A DNA stretch of 63,748 nt, counting the filler, from Kipferlia bialata (taxonomy: Eukaryota): the NCBI GenBank assembly GCA_003568945.1. It is 5 parts of 4 records of this genome, joined end to end, with 100 filler letters (N's around TTAATTAATTAA, not from the genome) between each part and the next. Parts side by side here need not be neighbours in the genome. Positions count along the whole stretch, not along the records: positions 33,111 to 49,549 come from BDIP01000606.1; positions 49,650 to 58,384 come from BDIP01000629.1; 3 more parts are not named here. One strand, 5' to 3'. Positions within the stretch are counted from its first letter, which is position 1. Every line of letters begins with the position of its first letter. Below are positions 39,501 through 53,100 of the stretch, one piece after another. Both the position numbers and the translations under genes were made by a program. Under the pieces are notes generated by a model. It was not told the origin of the DNA, did not search any database, and was given only the letters and a program-made list of their open reading frames with translations.

Positions 39501-42500
39501 AATCGGGAAATGAAAGGGAGTAGTACCTGTATACATGAGTTCTATACAGACAGAGAGATGAGTGGTTGAGGAAGTTGATACCTGTATGCAGGAGTCCAGG
39601 AGTGATGACGCCAGCTCCATCCTCTCTGCCAGGGAGGGGGTGGGCTCTGGAGATGCCCTACCCACTGTGCCCACTGTGCCTACAGTACCTATAGCACCCT
39701 CTGTCTGTGCAGATGTGACAGGGGCAGCGAGGAGGTACCCCAGCACCACTGAGCGTGATAGGTACCCCCTCTCCTCCATAAGGGCAGCATCATTGAGGGA
39801 GGCACGGGTGGGAGTAGAGGCAGAGACAGGGGAGGGGGAGGACGCAGAGACAGGGGACCAGGAGTGGTCGAGGCAGGTCTGGGAGTAAGACTAATGAATG
39901 TACACAACAAATATAAGTGATGTCGCCTCCATACCTGTCTGAGTGTGTCCACTGCCTGTGCCTCAGCACCTAATGGTTGATAGAGATCACTCAACAGTGT
40001 CTCTGGCAGCACCCTCCTCCTCAGCCTATATAGAAGTCCCACAGACCCAGCACCCACACCCCTCTCACCCCCACTGGCCAGGGAGGGAGAGAGACAGGGG
40101 GAGTGACTGGGTGTGGCGAGGCCTGCCAGCACTGTATAGGCCATGTCCGGTGCGTGGCAGGGTGACCGACTCAAGGTGGAGGAGAGAGAGACAGCCGGGT
40201 TGCCAGGGTGGTGGGCGAAGATGGACGCCTGGTGCAGAGAGTCCCCGGGCCACAGGTAGCCAGCCTGGTGTCAGTAGCGTCCACATATAGATAGATAGTA
40301 TGTGTACACAGACCATAGACCTGGCCATAATACCCAGCTTGATATGTGAGTGGTATATACACACACATACACATAGAGTATGCAAATACAAAGATACTCG
40401 CTCTCTAAACATTCGCATACCTGGAAAGGCGCCAGGGATGGAGGCAGATGTGCATGGTAGGGCATGGATATGACACCCCCAACCGATGCAGCGGGTGCCT
40501 TAGAGGGTACCTCCTCCTCCCCCTCCTCCCCTCCATCTCTCTCAGTGTACTCATGCCTCCCCCCCCCCCTCGACCTCTCCATGTCCCTCTCTCTCTCTCT
40601 CAGTGATGTGGATATATCTCTCAGTGACGTGGATATGGCAGTGTGCCTCTTGGTGCGGTGGGAGAGGAGCTCTCCAGTGTGTATGTTAAAGGCATAGGCC
40701 TTGAGGGAGTCTGCCTTGCCCTCCGTCTCCCTCACCTGCAGAGTCAGTGTCAGAATCACTATCTATACTAATACATATACTGATACTGCTATTCCCTCAC
40801 CTGCAGAGTGACCACATCGTCCACAAAGCACATGTCCACACACCCTGGGGACACACTCTCTGCCCCTGGCGGTGTGTCCAGACAGTGAGAGAGGGCACAT
40901 AAGGGTTGTGGATGGACGCAGGGGAGGGAAACATCACCCTCTGCACCACAGGGGAATGTGCTGCAGGTTGAGGAGGAAGGGGGAGATGCACTGTCCAGTG
41001 TGCTAGGACTGGGTCTAGTGGCGCCAGATACACTCCTCTCCCACTCAGACACGTTACTGTGCATGGAGGCATGGGAGTGGGAGCGGCGGAGTGGTCTGCT
41101 ACCACGGGATGGGCACTCTGGGGGTGATGGGTGTGTGGGGCATACACTCCACAGCAGGGGGGGAGGGGAGGAGGAGGTGTTGCTACCGCCCCTCTTGCCC
41201 TGTGTCTCTGGGGATGCACCCTCTCTCTCTCTCTCCTCACTCTCTGTGTCGTGTAGGGTTAGGAGTATGAGATGCCCACTGCCTGGGTGTACAACAGAGG
41301 CCGTGGTGGAGGGGGGTAAGGGCACCCTGGCAACGGCACACCCTAGGGAGCACACGTCCTCCTCACCACTCAGCCACAGCATGCAGAGGGGGGTGGAGGG
41401 GGAGGCAGGGGAGTGGCCTGGGGGTGAGCGTGAGACAGACTACAAAGAGATATGGATGCATTCACACATACCTAGCAGGTAGACCCCGCCCCTTCCCCTG
41501 TGCATACCAGTCACACACATTGGCACAACATTGTCCATGCCCTCACTCCCCCCCTCCCCCTCCCCCTCCCCCTCTGCCTCCCCCCTAAACTGCATGATAC
41601 TGGTCACCATCCCAAGGTCGGCATGCCTCTCAAAGAAGTTGACCTGCCGCACAACTAGGGTGTCAATGCCAGTGGCCCTCTCCCTCTCCACCCACACTAT
41701 GCTACGGCCTAGGTCATCCAGACACACGTGCCGCAGGTCCCTGGCCCTCTCTCCCTCTGCCTCACTGGTGTCTCCACTGTCGGCAAGGAGGGGCTCCTCA
41801 CCAGCGGCCTGAGTTGAGTATCAATACTATGTGTCAAGAATAAAGGTACACAAACCTCCAGATACCTCCCTGACTGGGATTGATGTAGGTATGTGATGGA
41901 GTAACAAACTACTATGTAGGTACCCACTACAAATGCAATAATACAGACCTCAATGCGATATAGCAGTTCCTTCCGGACAGGAGGTGATGTATATATATAC
42001 AATAGTGTATATATACATATATACATTGTATCATTACCTTCCATACTGGTAGTGACGTGGGGTCTGTGGTGGTGTCACAGGTGAAGGAGGCTACGGTGCC
42101 ATCGCTAGGGGTGAGTGGAAACCGCATAATAACAGGAATGTACATGAATACCAGCAACAGAAGAGGAAGATCACTGCGACACCGACACTGATAGACTGAT
42201 ACGTATACTCGCATATGCCCACCTCTGGAACAGGAGTAGTCTCTCCATGCCTGACACGACAGTCTCTACATGTATAACCTGGGGTCAGTGTATACATAGC
42301 GAGAGAGTGTGAGTGTGTTCACAGAGGGGGGGAGAGAGAGTACACTGCCCCTACCTCACTGCCCTTAGGCACCTTGACCACCAGCATGCCACTCTCCATC
42401 ACCCACCCAGGCCCCATCGAGTCTATCTGGGTGAACAGCTTGGCAGTGTCTATGGCCACCCTCCCCGGCCCCTTCACTGCCCCCATACCCACATCGTGCC

Positions 42501-42753
42501 CATCCTCTGAGTCTGAGTCAAACACCATAGACCCACTCAGGGCCTCGGGGGCAGCGGAGGGAGCCCCGCCCCCTATATTGTCCAACACCAGCACCACAGT
42601 CCCCCCCCGGCATATCACAATGACATGGCCCTTGGAGGGTATGACACGCGTGATGGGGGCCAGGCTGTGCGGGGTCAGAGGCTGCAGCAGCTCATGGCCG
42701 CGCAGGATCGTCAGGTCCAGGTCCTCTAATGTAGTCGACGTGTCCACATACAT
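36554..42753 (-). CDS. Large multi-exon hypothetical protein (beta-strand-rich N-terminal part, helical C-terminal part, ERER low-complexity inserts)
   Basis: Long GC-rich open exons (ORFs 42319-42753, 40789-41382, 37335-38723, 36554-37204) linked by canonical GT-AG introns. No family motif recognised. Confidence 0.68.
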
Positions 42754-42933
42754 CGCTGTGGAGTGTCACTGACCACAGAGAGAGTACACGTTGTCCGCAG
42801 TGGCCTAGTGTGAGGAGACACCCAATACGTCTCTCTCTCTCGATGTTTTTGATTATCTATGAGCAATAGGGGTTCGTCTTCCCATTATCGATGAATCGAC
42901 CTCAACCTAGGCCTTTCTAGGTGTCTCAAGAGG

Positions 42934-43425
42934 ATGGAGTTTTGTGAGCACTGGTGAGAGCAATCCTGCGTACTACTCTACTCATGAATACCCTCCTGAG
43001 TGAATGTGGTGTGCGTTCCTAGCTGGAGTATCAGTTTACAGAGTTCCAATCCTTTTTGTGACTCTGTTTCTTACCTAAGCAACAACCTCCTGCTCCCAGA
43101 CATCAAGAGTGATGAGCCTGAGAACTGGGTGTACAAGTGCAGGGTTTGTGGGCACACTGTGCCTGTGGAGGACTCCACAGTGACCACTCACAGGCTCATG
43201 GAGCCTGAGGGCGACACAGACGCTGGTCTGCGGGAAAAGCTTGTGCAGGGTATTGTGTCGTGTCCCTACTACACGCGGCACAAGTCTGTGTGCAAGAACT
43301 GCTCGTTCCACACCATGGTGCTGTTCCAGGACAAGTGGGGCAGGTACGCAGAGGCCATGCGGTTCCTCGACGTCTGTCCGAGGTGCAGCAACGTGCAGCA
43401 CGTCGATGTGGAGACAGGCGAGTGA
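42934..43425 (+). CDS. RPB9: DNA-directed RNA polymerase II subunit RPB9 (two zinc ribbons), two exons
   Basis: Exon 1 ATG 42934 (MEFCEH-tg|gtgag), intron 42954-43079, then CNNLLLP...YKCRVC...CKNC...VLFQ...RYAEAMRFLDVCPRC. It lacks the RSADEP acidic hairpin of RPA12/RPC11 and has the RPB9-type AMR motif. Confidence 0.85.
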
Positions 43426-43996
43426 GCGGGCGTCCCCTTGCCCTCTTCCAGCCCCCCTCCCTTTTGTATTTGGGTGTTTAGCGTATTTTGTGTGCTGGGG
43501 TGAGATGTGTGTTTCCAATCCAGGAGGGAGATCCTCTTTTGGGTTTGCACTGCATATACACGTATGTGTGTGCACGTGCCATTCGTTATGGGAGCACGCT
43601 GCGTTCTGACTCAGCTGTGACTGTGCCTATGTGTGGATGTTGGGTGGTGACACCCAGTGTATTGTTGTGGAGGAGGTCTTTGTATATATATTGTCTACTG
43701 GCACCACCTGCAAGTAAATTACCACACGTTAGTCTACTAGAGTTTGTGTGTTTGCCTGTTCGATTCGTCGGTGTCTAAAGCATCTAAAACATGATGGCAT
43801 GATGTATATATGTGTTTGTACATTGGGGTCTGGGCCAATACCCAAGATCGGTCTGGCTTCTCTTTCACTCCATAGTCGGACACTCTCCTGACACAACCTC
43901 TCTTCACCACTCCCGAGTCCTAGTCACTGTGGACAAGGCAGTGCACTACGAGACATAGCGTGCCTAGTGACGGAGCAGCACTGTAGCTGAGTGTGA

Positions 43997-44455
43997 ATGG
44001 ACGGGTCAGTGCGAGAGACCCCCAGTGAGGGTGTGGGGGGTGAGGGTGCTGGCAGGGTGGCCAGGATGGCCCAGGCCTTCGAGGAGAGGATGGGTGCAGA
44101 GGCAGATGCCATAGGGGCAGAGGCACCAACCACTGCAGAGACTGATAGCAATGACACTGAGGGAACTGAGGGAACTGAGGGTAGTGAGGTCTCAGAGTCC
44201 TCTAGCGACAGTGACAGTGAGGATGATACATCTGTGCACATCTCTGCCTGGTTCGACCAGCACTCTGTGCTAGAGTTCGACCTGGATGCCACGGACAAGG
44301 TGGGTACTGATCATACACTGATATTTATTCTGATAGTACATGCCTTTTGTCCTATAGTCACACCAGGTCCAGGAGGCTGTGTCCCGTGCGTACAGTGAGT
44401 ATGGGGACCTGCGTGGCACTGCTTCTGACCTCGTGCCATACCTTCGGTACGATAT

Positions 44456-44490
<35 letters not shown>

Positions 44491-47400
44491 ACCCCCCCCT
44501 CCCCCCCTCCCCTTCCCCACATAATTTCATCACATTCTTACTCAGTTCTTCTTTGGTGTCGGGCTCTAATATTTTATCCTCACGTATGTATGTCAATATG
44601 TGGTTGTTCTGTACCATTTTGTTCAGACTCATATGTTGTATGTAGATTGTGCTTTAGTTTATATTATATTTCTGTATTCTTACACAGTATCCAGAGAGTT
44701 CAGGCTTGCCAAGGGGAAAGCACACCAAGAAACGCGGAGAGAGAAAGAGAGAGAGAGAGCCTTGGGGGTGGTCTAGCCTGTATCAGTAGTATTGTGGCTG
44801 GTCCTCCAGTGGATAGTGACAGGGATGGGGAGAGAGGGAGAGAGAGGGAGAGAGAGAAGAGGAACAACGAGGGAGAGGGGGAGAGAGAGAGGGAGATTCA
44901 GAAGGACACGGAGACAGAGAGAAAGGTAGATTCAGGGAGACATACATATATTATGGATGAACTACTGAATTATACACTGAGTGGAATACCTATATGTACT
45001 ATGTGTCTTCTGTTCTTTCTCTGTATTAAATATTAATCTCAGGACTTACCTCGTTTGACACAGAGGATACGGGATATGAAGCTAATGCAGTTCCTTCAGG
45101 AAGCATCAAACAAAGTGACAGTATGGTGAGAAATATGTATCTATGTCTACTATATATATATATATATATATATTCTCTACTATATGATTATAGTATATAT
45201 AAAATGTGTACAAAGGTGTACGGGTACTGAATATATATATATATATATATGTGTATGTAATTACCTATTTCTCATTCAGTAATACTATGATTACCTGGTC
45301 TGGAAAGACTTATGGTTCTCATTAATCATATATATATATATAGTATACTACTATATTATACTATACAATATGCAATGGTTCTGAATATTCATGTATATAT
45401 GATAATTTATGCCCTGACTCTGGGCGCATTGTGTATGTATATGTATATACAATATATATGTATGTATATGTATATACAATATATATGTATGTATATGTAT
45501 ATAGAATATATATGTATGTATATGTATATACAACATAGCGAATCGCTATTCGCGATACCCACTCTGTTTTTAGTCGATCCATATATATATACATAGTATA
45601 ACCCGCAGTCTGCTCTGCCGTGACAGATTCTCTCTCTCTCTCTCTCTCTCCTACCCCCAGTCTGCTATGCTTTTAGTCATTCCATATGTATTTCTTCATA
45701 TATAGTATATATAGTATATATAGTATATATATTATATATGTCCCCCAGTCTGGATAGCCATGACCACTCTCTCTTTCTCTCTCTCTCTCTCTCTTACCCC
45801 CAGTCTGCTATGCTGGTCACATGGGGTGCACAACATCTCAGACTTCTATGCATCTGTCGACACACCAGCACCTGAGGAACCAGGGTTGTTCTTCTCAAGG
45901 TATTTTCCTCAGTTTTGCATGGATGATGATTGTTTAAGATTGTTTCTTAAATTCCTGCGTATTTACACATTCGACTCTCTCTACGGTATATTTAGTGAAG
46001 AGTCTACTATGTATAATTGAAACCTAGTATTAATCCTAATTGTCAGGGCTTGGCTGAGAGACACCTTGACTCTCTTCCGTGGTCTCCTCTCGTCTGGCAC
46101 CGTTGTCGACTGCACCCCTAATATATCTGACTGCACCCCTAATACATCTGGCACTAGAGTCGATTCCCCTAGTGAGCAGCACATGGATCAGTTCGTGGAG
46201 TCACGTCTACACTCAATCATTGGACCCTTTACAGCAAAGGTGAGTGACTACTCTCTCTCTCCCCCTCTCTCTTCCTCTCTCTCGCTCCCTCTCACTGTAA
46301 GGTAGAAGAGTACTCTCGCTCGCAGCCACAGTGTTTAAGGCGACTGAGGCGCTATATCAGGCGTCTCTGCTGGGCTAGTGTATCGGTGTATGGCAGGAGC
46401 GGCAACACTCCTCCAACGCCTCGTGAGATACAGGTGAGAGTCTCTTTCCTCTTCTATCTCAGTATGATCTCTCCCCTACACCCACATTTCAGGTTGCAAG
46501 AGAGTGGGAGATGAAGCATCTTCACATTGTGATGGATATGGTCTTAAAGAGAGACCGAAAGAGAACCAAGAGGAAGAAGAGAGGTATGCTAAATTACAAC
46601 CTCACATTGGCACTCTTTATGGGTCCATATTTGTGGTAGTGTGACCTCTCCATTCGCTATGTAGGTCCTCAAGATGTGTTTCAGTTTCCTGGTCTTTACC
46701 TACTTTCCAACAATTATATATATATATATAGATAGATATATGATTATATACTATATATATATATTGAAGATAGGTGTCAGTATCTGCAAAATACAGATGA
46801 AACTTCTTAGTACTATGTATACTACCGCCCCCTACTAGTGTCCGTTGGTGTATGTCTCACATTCAGTTCGTCATATGTAGTTATAGTATATATTCATTTG
46901 ACATATAGTATCTGAGACCTGGCTCTAACCCATTCGAGCTATATCTACATGTATTGTGATATATTACTTCCATTACCTTCTCTGAGTATACTTCTCTTCT
47001 CACTATCCTTTACCCTAGGCAAGACTGATGACGGCAGGACGTATGAGGATGACGTTGTGGACTTCTTCAGCTGGGCAAAGGTTCGTTGTCGTGGTTATGT
47101 TAATGCATTAGTATCACATAGGTCCAGTGTGCTGTAACGAAGTAGTTCTCTCTGAAGGACGAACAACGATGATGTATACAACTCATGTGGTGAAATTGTA
47201 ACTATATTTTGTATGCATGATGGTTTTGAAGTGTCATTATATAATATGACAATATATATATACATTACTAGTCATTGCATGATACAAGACTCCGTAGTCT
47301 CATCGTTCTCTCTTTCTATCATATCATTGATCTTTCACATCTCGTCTCTCTCTCTACGTCTCTCACTATCTAACGCCAGATCCACCCTGACTCACTTGAG

Positions 47401-47526
47401 GATGTCCACTTCTTCATGAATCTACCGGGCATCACACTGAGACTGACCCAGTGCATATACATTATGAAGGACATGGAGAAGGAGGAGATGCTTAGAAGAC
47501 GCGCAGAGAGAAACGGACACATATAG
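43997..47526 (+). CDS. Hypothetical multi-exon protein(s); may be more than one gene
   Basis: Acidic first exon (MDGSVRETPS...DLDATDK|gt) and later exons such as VAREWEMKHLHIVMDMVLKRDRK, KTDDGRTYEDDVVDFFSWAK and IHPDSLEDVHFFMNLPG...RNGHI*. A continuous reading frame was not fully established. Confidence 0.42.
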
Positions 47527-48000
47527 ATCACACTGATATATATATATATAATGATAGGGTGTGAGTGTCTATATACTTGTAATCATGCGTACAGAAAGTG
47601 AAGAGAAGCTGTGGCGCCCTGGGGTCTGGATATAGTATCCTGGGATATAGAGGTGGGTGGAGAATACCCATTTACTCTCCATGTTCATTGTACTGGTCGA
47701 ATTTCGACAAGTTGTCGAAAGTTTCAAATTGAAGCCTTCAATACTAGTATACTGTATTGGATCTATTGGCGTTAATACTTCCTTTGCAGAGATTTGTATC
47801 TTCGACCGACTCTCAAAGGGGTATTGCATTCAAGTCCGCAACAACAATGTAATATGTCACCTCAACGATGACCCTCCACTCTATATTGCAAATCAACATG
47901 AGGAATGAGTCTATACAACTACATCTATTGATTTCCAACAACACACACAGCTGGACACATTATGTGTCACACATAGTACATATGAATAGTTTCAGACAAG

Positions 48001-49549
48001 TTACAGAGGTGTTCTTGCGCCATAGATTAGCATCTCTGTCGACGAGTAAGCGAACCCATGGTGGGTGACGTCATCAGAAACTGTGGTGGTGATTGAGTGG
48101 GTCAGCCAGTTCCACCAGTATGTCTCAAACTGGACAAGGCCAGAGTACCTGGGTGTCAGAATCACAATATAGTGTATGACATACACTGTGTATGAAAAGA
48201 GGAGAGGAGAGGATTAGACACCCTCCAGAGTAATGTATGTGAAATTGTGGTGAAAGATACATCACTCACCCAGTGTAAATGTGGTTCCTCAGGCCAACCG
48301 AGATTTGTTCTGGTGATTAGATTGATTTTGAGACCTATAGATCCAGCTGATCAAGATGTATCTGCACAAGTTAGCCTGCACAATGAGATGGAAGACCAAT
48401 AACCCAGAAGTAGACGTTGCAGGTACAAATTATACGTACTAATATACTAAATTATATGCACTACATACCTCCAGCTGCTGCATCGGCCAGTGCCACTCCA
48501 ATGTCTGAGCCTGTGGTAAGAAATCTATAATTACTATTCTGAGACTATGGTAAGGGATATATCAATGGAGAGTGACAGCCGGTGAGTGAGATTGAGATTT
48601 GACGTACCATAATCGGAGTAGTCGGGATTGCAATCGGACGCTGAATGCACGGTACCTGGAAGTGAGAAGACTCGGAAACACATATATGACCCTCTGATAC
48701 TGATACTGGTACTGATAGAGTCGCATGGACTATTGAGTGGGACATTCTGGGTACTAACCATCGGTGAAGGCTCGCAATTGGTCACCAGCCGTAACAGAGT
48801 AGGCATCCCCTGCATAGTTTGTGCCAGAGGTCACAGTGAACTCCCTAGGAATGAGAGGCGGAGGGAGGAGAGAGTGAGACAGTGAGTTCAAGGGAGACAA
48901 GGAAGAGTCCGAGAGACATAAAGGAGAAATCGAAAGATAGTAGTAGTGGATCTACAATAGATAGACACAGAGTGTCAATGCAACATAGACATATATATTA
49001 CATGCATCAAGCCGTCACGAGAGAGTGTATGTGAGAGCGCGAGGGAGAGAGAGCGTACCTCACAGTGGGGTCATCAGAAGAACCCGACGAGGGAGTGACC
49101 CAGGCAAGGGCTGAGGACTCGACACCCAGGACCTGCCATGAGGAAGATAAGAGGGCAGAGCTTAAAAGCAAGAGAAAGAGACATGCAAAGAGGAGAGAGA
49201 GAGAGAGAGTATGGCAATGAAGGAGCGTGCCTGGCCGTCTGTGCCGAGGTCGGAGGGGAGTGTGTACACGGTGGACGCTCCAGACGTCACAGACAGAGTG
49301 TCGAACTTTCCAACAGGGGAGTCCACACTAGCAGCCGTGGCAGCACCAGTGACCACCACGGAGTCTAGGGTAGAGACCCCAGAGACCCCCAGGGTGGCGA
49401 GAGAGGAGACACCGGTGACAGTGAGGGAGCCTAGGGTAGAGAGGCCAGTCACACCAAGCGTGGTAGAGAGAGAGGCGCTGGTCAGGGTGGAGGCCCCAGT
49501 GACTGTAAGAGCACTGAGAGTAGCAGTGCCACTGGGAACGGAGAGAGCG
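48001..49549 (-). CDS. Phage/bacterial fibre-like repeat protein, C-terminal part (N-terminus lost at contig end), intron-containing
   Basis: 11-aa repeats xxLxVTGxSTL, then YTLPSDLGTDGQ|VLGVESSALAWVTPSSG, then IGVALADAAAG|EQISVGLRNHIYTG|YSGLVQFETYWW...HHGFAYSSTEMLIYGARTPL*. About 7 exons splice in frame. Confidence 0.72.
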
Positions 49550-49649
49550 NNNNNNNNNNNNNNNNNNNNNNNNNNNNNNNNNNNNNNNNNNNNTTAATTA
49601 ATTAANNNNNNNNNNNNNNNNNNNNNNNNNNNNNNNNNNNNNNNNNNNN
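49550..49649. other. Artificial contig join (100-nt N spacer with TTAATTAATTAA linker)
   Basis: N run with linker at 49594-49605, followed by poly-G. Confidence 0.95.
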
Positions 49650-49706
<57 letters not shown>

Positions 49707-50147
49707 CTGATAGGCGAACTGAGCCATGAATGGCAGTGAATAGGGATGAGAGAGTACTAACTGGGTATACAGTACGGCAACCCCTTGCCCCACCTGGGTT
49801 GAGCTGTGCCAGTGCCACTCTGAGTGTTGGACTGGAGGTCAAGGACATGGGTGGGAGGCACTACAGTTGGAAGAAGAGAGACCGAAGGAGACCCCCCTCA
49901 CTCTTAAATTGTACACTCGATTCGAAAAGTCCATATCATTGACATGATGTCACATATACTTCAGTAAACTCCTGCATCCTATCTATTCTGTATGCTCTGA
50001 TATGGTTCTTCTTGTCCAAGGTCAATTGTCCTCTGCATCTTGACCTAATGGTGACATGTATTCACATGTCCTTGCCTCTGCATTTCTATTATTGATTTCT
50101 GATACCGATCCCTCCCTAGAGTGCCATCACATGTCATATGCACCCCC

Positions 50148-53100
50148 CTACATGTTGGCTATGTATGCCAGCGGGTCAAACTCGACCTCCTCACCTGGGG
50201 GTCAGTGGCAGTGTAGATACACATGGTGATATGAAGAGTAATAGGTAGAGTATGTGTAGATATATCAACGTACCGTCCCCCTCTGCCAGGGCCAGTGGGT
50301 CCATGCACATATATTGTAACACATAAATGTTGTATGGTAAGAGTATACATATATAATATATACATATGAGTATACATATACACACTATACTCACCGTCCC
50401 CCTCTGCCAGTGCCAGTGGGTCCAGTACCAGTATTAGATACTGAGCACAGTACACATATTAGAGTATATATATATATATATATATACATATACACACTAT
50501 ACGTACCGTATCCCTCTGCCAGGGCCAGTGGGTCCATATACACATAGTGTAGCATATACTATATATACAATATAGTATATATATCCACTCTATATACATA
50601 CCATCTCCCTCTGCCAGTGCGAGTGGGTCCATGGCCACACCCTGTCCCATGTCATCGGAGGACTCAGAGAAGGAGGACCCATCGCTAGACCCCTCCCCCT
50701 CCCCCTCACCCTCTACATCCACCCCGGCCAGGGGGTCAGACACCAGGGGGACAGGGGCAGAAGGGGTAGATGCCTTGTCCTGTGGCACTACAAGGTCAGC
50801 TATAGAGACAGGCTCAGCTGCAGGAACGGGAGCCTCTACCTCAGCCTCAGCAGGTGGTACCTCCTCTGCCTCTGCCTCTGCCTCTACCCCTCCATCTGCC
50901 TCTGCCTTGGGTGCAGTACCCAGGAGGTCTCCGAGCAGATCAAGCACCTTGTCCTCTCTCTGGTGCTCTCTCTCCCTCTCCACCTGTGTCTCCACCTCTG
51001 CCTCTCTCTCTCTCTCCCTCTCTGGGTAGGAGGGTATGGGTGCACCAAGAGGGTTGAACTCCTCAGCCTCAACCTCCTCAGACTCCTCTCTCAGTCTCTC
51101 TCTCTCCCTCTCAGCCTCCAACTCGGCCTGTCTCTCTCTCTCAGCCTCAGCTAGTCTCTTTCTCTCCCTCTCCTTCTCGGCCAACCGCAACACCTCCTCT
51201 CTCTCCTTCTCGAGCTGGGCCTGCCTCTCTCTCTCCCTCTCAGCCTCTGCCTCTGCCTGTCTCACAGCATCCTCGGCCACCTGTCTCACTCTCTCCTCCT
51301 CGGCCTCTTGCTCTGCCTGTCTCTGGGCCTCTCTCTCCCTCTCTGCCTCAAGGGCCCTAAGTGCCTGTGCCACTCTCTCTGCCTCTATCCTAGCAGACAC
51401 CTGTCTATCCTTCTCCCTCTGCATCTCAGTGTCCATCTGCTTAAGCCTCTCAGTCAGGGCCTCTCTCTCCACACCCCACTCCCTCTCCCTCTCCTCAGCC
51501 TGCTGTTTGTGCACTGCATCCCTCTCCTCCAGCTGCTGGATCCTGGGATCAGTATATGTATATGTATGAATATTTCTTATCCAAGTGTCACTCCGTTGGA
51601 CTCTGATGTCACTTCGTTCTCCAGAGATCTTTACAATAAGTACAAAGGTACATACTCCAAAATATTCTCACTCTATATATATGTGTGCGTACCTCGCCAT
51701 GAGCTCCTGTGTCTGTGCATGTACATACATACATATATAGTATACAAATATATATATATATATATAATGGTATAGCATACCTCGCCATCAGCTCCTGTGT
51801 CTGTTCGTCTCCTCCCTGGGTCAGGGTCTGCTGGAGGGCAGTCACCTGGGTAAGAGAGTAAGAGGGTAGAACCACAGGTAGCATAGAAGCATATGCAGAT
51901 GTACTGTCATATCCCCACCTGTGTCTGCAGCTCCTCCTTGTCAGCCAGAGCCTTCTTGACCTGGGAGGGTTAGATATGTGGTATTTACACGCTAGTCCTA
52001 TTAATAACACTACCAATGGTACTATTACTGATACACGCTGTACCTGCCTATCCTTCTGTGCCAGTGACCCCTTGAGCTCATTCACCACCCTCTTCAGCTT
52101 AAGTAAGGCAGTCTTATAGGCATCAACGTTGGCACCCTGCTTGGAGGGGGCAGAGGGGGCAGAGGGGGTGGGGGCAGTCTCTGCCAGCTTGGCTTCTCTC
52201 TCTCTCTCCCTCTCCCTGTGTGCCAGTGTCTCCTCTCTCTCTCTCCTGTACTCCCCCTCCTCCCTCTCCCTCTCCTCCCTCAGCCCCTTCAGTCTCTCTG
52301 CTGCCTCCCCGACCTCTGTCACTACACCACCCAGGGTGGACAGGGTGCTCTGGGTCTGGTCAACTGCCTCAGTCACATGGGTGGTACTCTCCACAAGGGT
52401 GTGGACGGCACTGGCTGTGGAGGTAAGGCCCTCACCGGCCTGGGGGGTCAGAGGGTAGAGGATATGAAGACATGTATATGCATCCACGTATATACTCTAT
52501 ATACATACATACTCCCAACCTGTACCATGTCTCTGAGTATATGTAAGAAATGTATACACAGTTATTCAAGCATCCATCTCTATATGTGAATATATACCAT
52601 TGATACTATATGTATATGTATATCCCACCTGTGCCATCTCTCTGAGTGTCTGTAGGAGCTGTGCCAGGGGGCCTGCCATGGCTACTAGCTCAGTGGCCTA
52701 TGGAGTTAGATACCAACTGCTATGCCACGGTTGTTAGTATTATGACACAACTGATACATATACTGACACTGATACAGCCATAACTACTAGCTCAGTGGCC
52801 TGTGGAGTTAGTCTCAAGATGGGGAGAGTAATCCTTATGACATCACTGACACTGACATTGATACACTGTTACTAATACATCCATGGATACTAGCTCAGTG
52901 GCCTGGGGTGAGAGAGAGATGGGGCCCTAGTATGCACGACTCTCTCTCTCTCTCTCAATACTGCTCAATACTATACATCAGCTATCTGTACCTGCTGCAC
53001 GGCCCCCCCCATGTCAGGCACCACCACTGGGGGTCTGGGTCTCTGCCTCCTGACCCACTTCTCGACCCTCACACTGCACATGCAGCCACACCTACATAGT

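Noticed and set aside
45430..45535. 27-nt tandem repeat translating as CMYMYIQYI
   Set aside because: Intronic AT-rich minisatellite derived from TA/TG microsatellite, with no evidence of coding or structural function.
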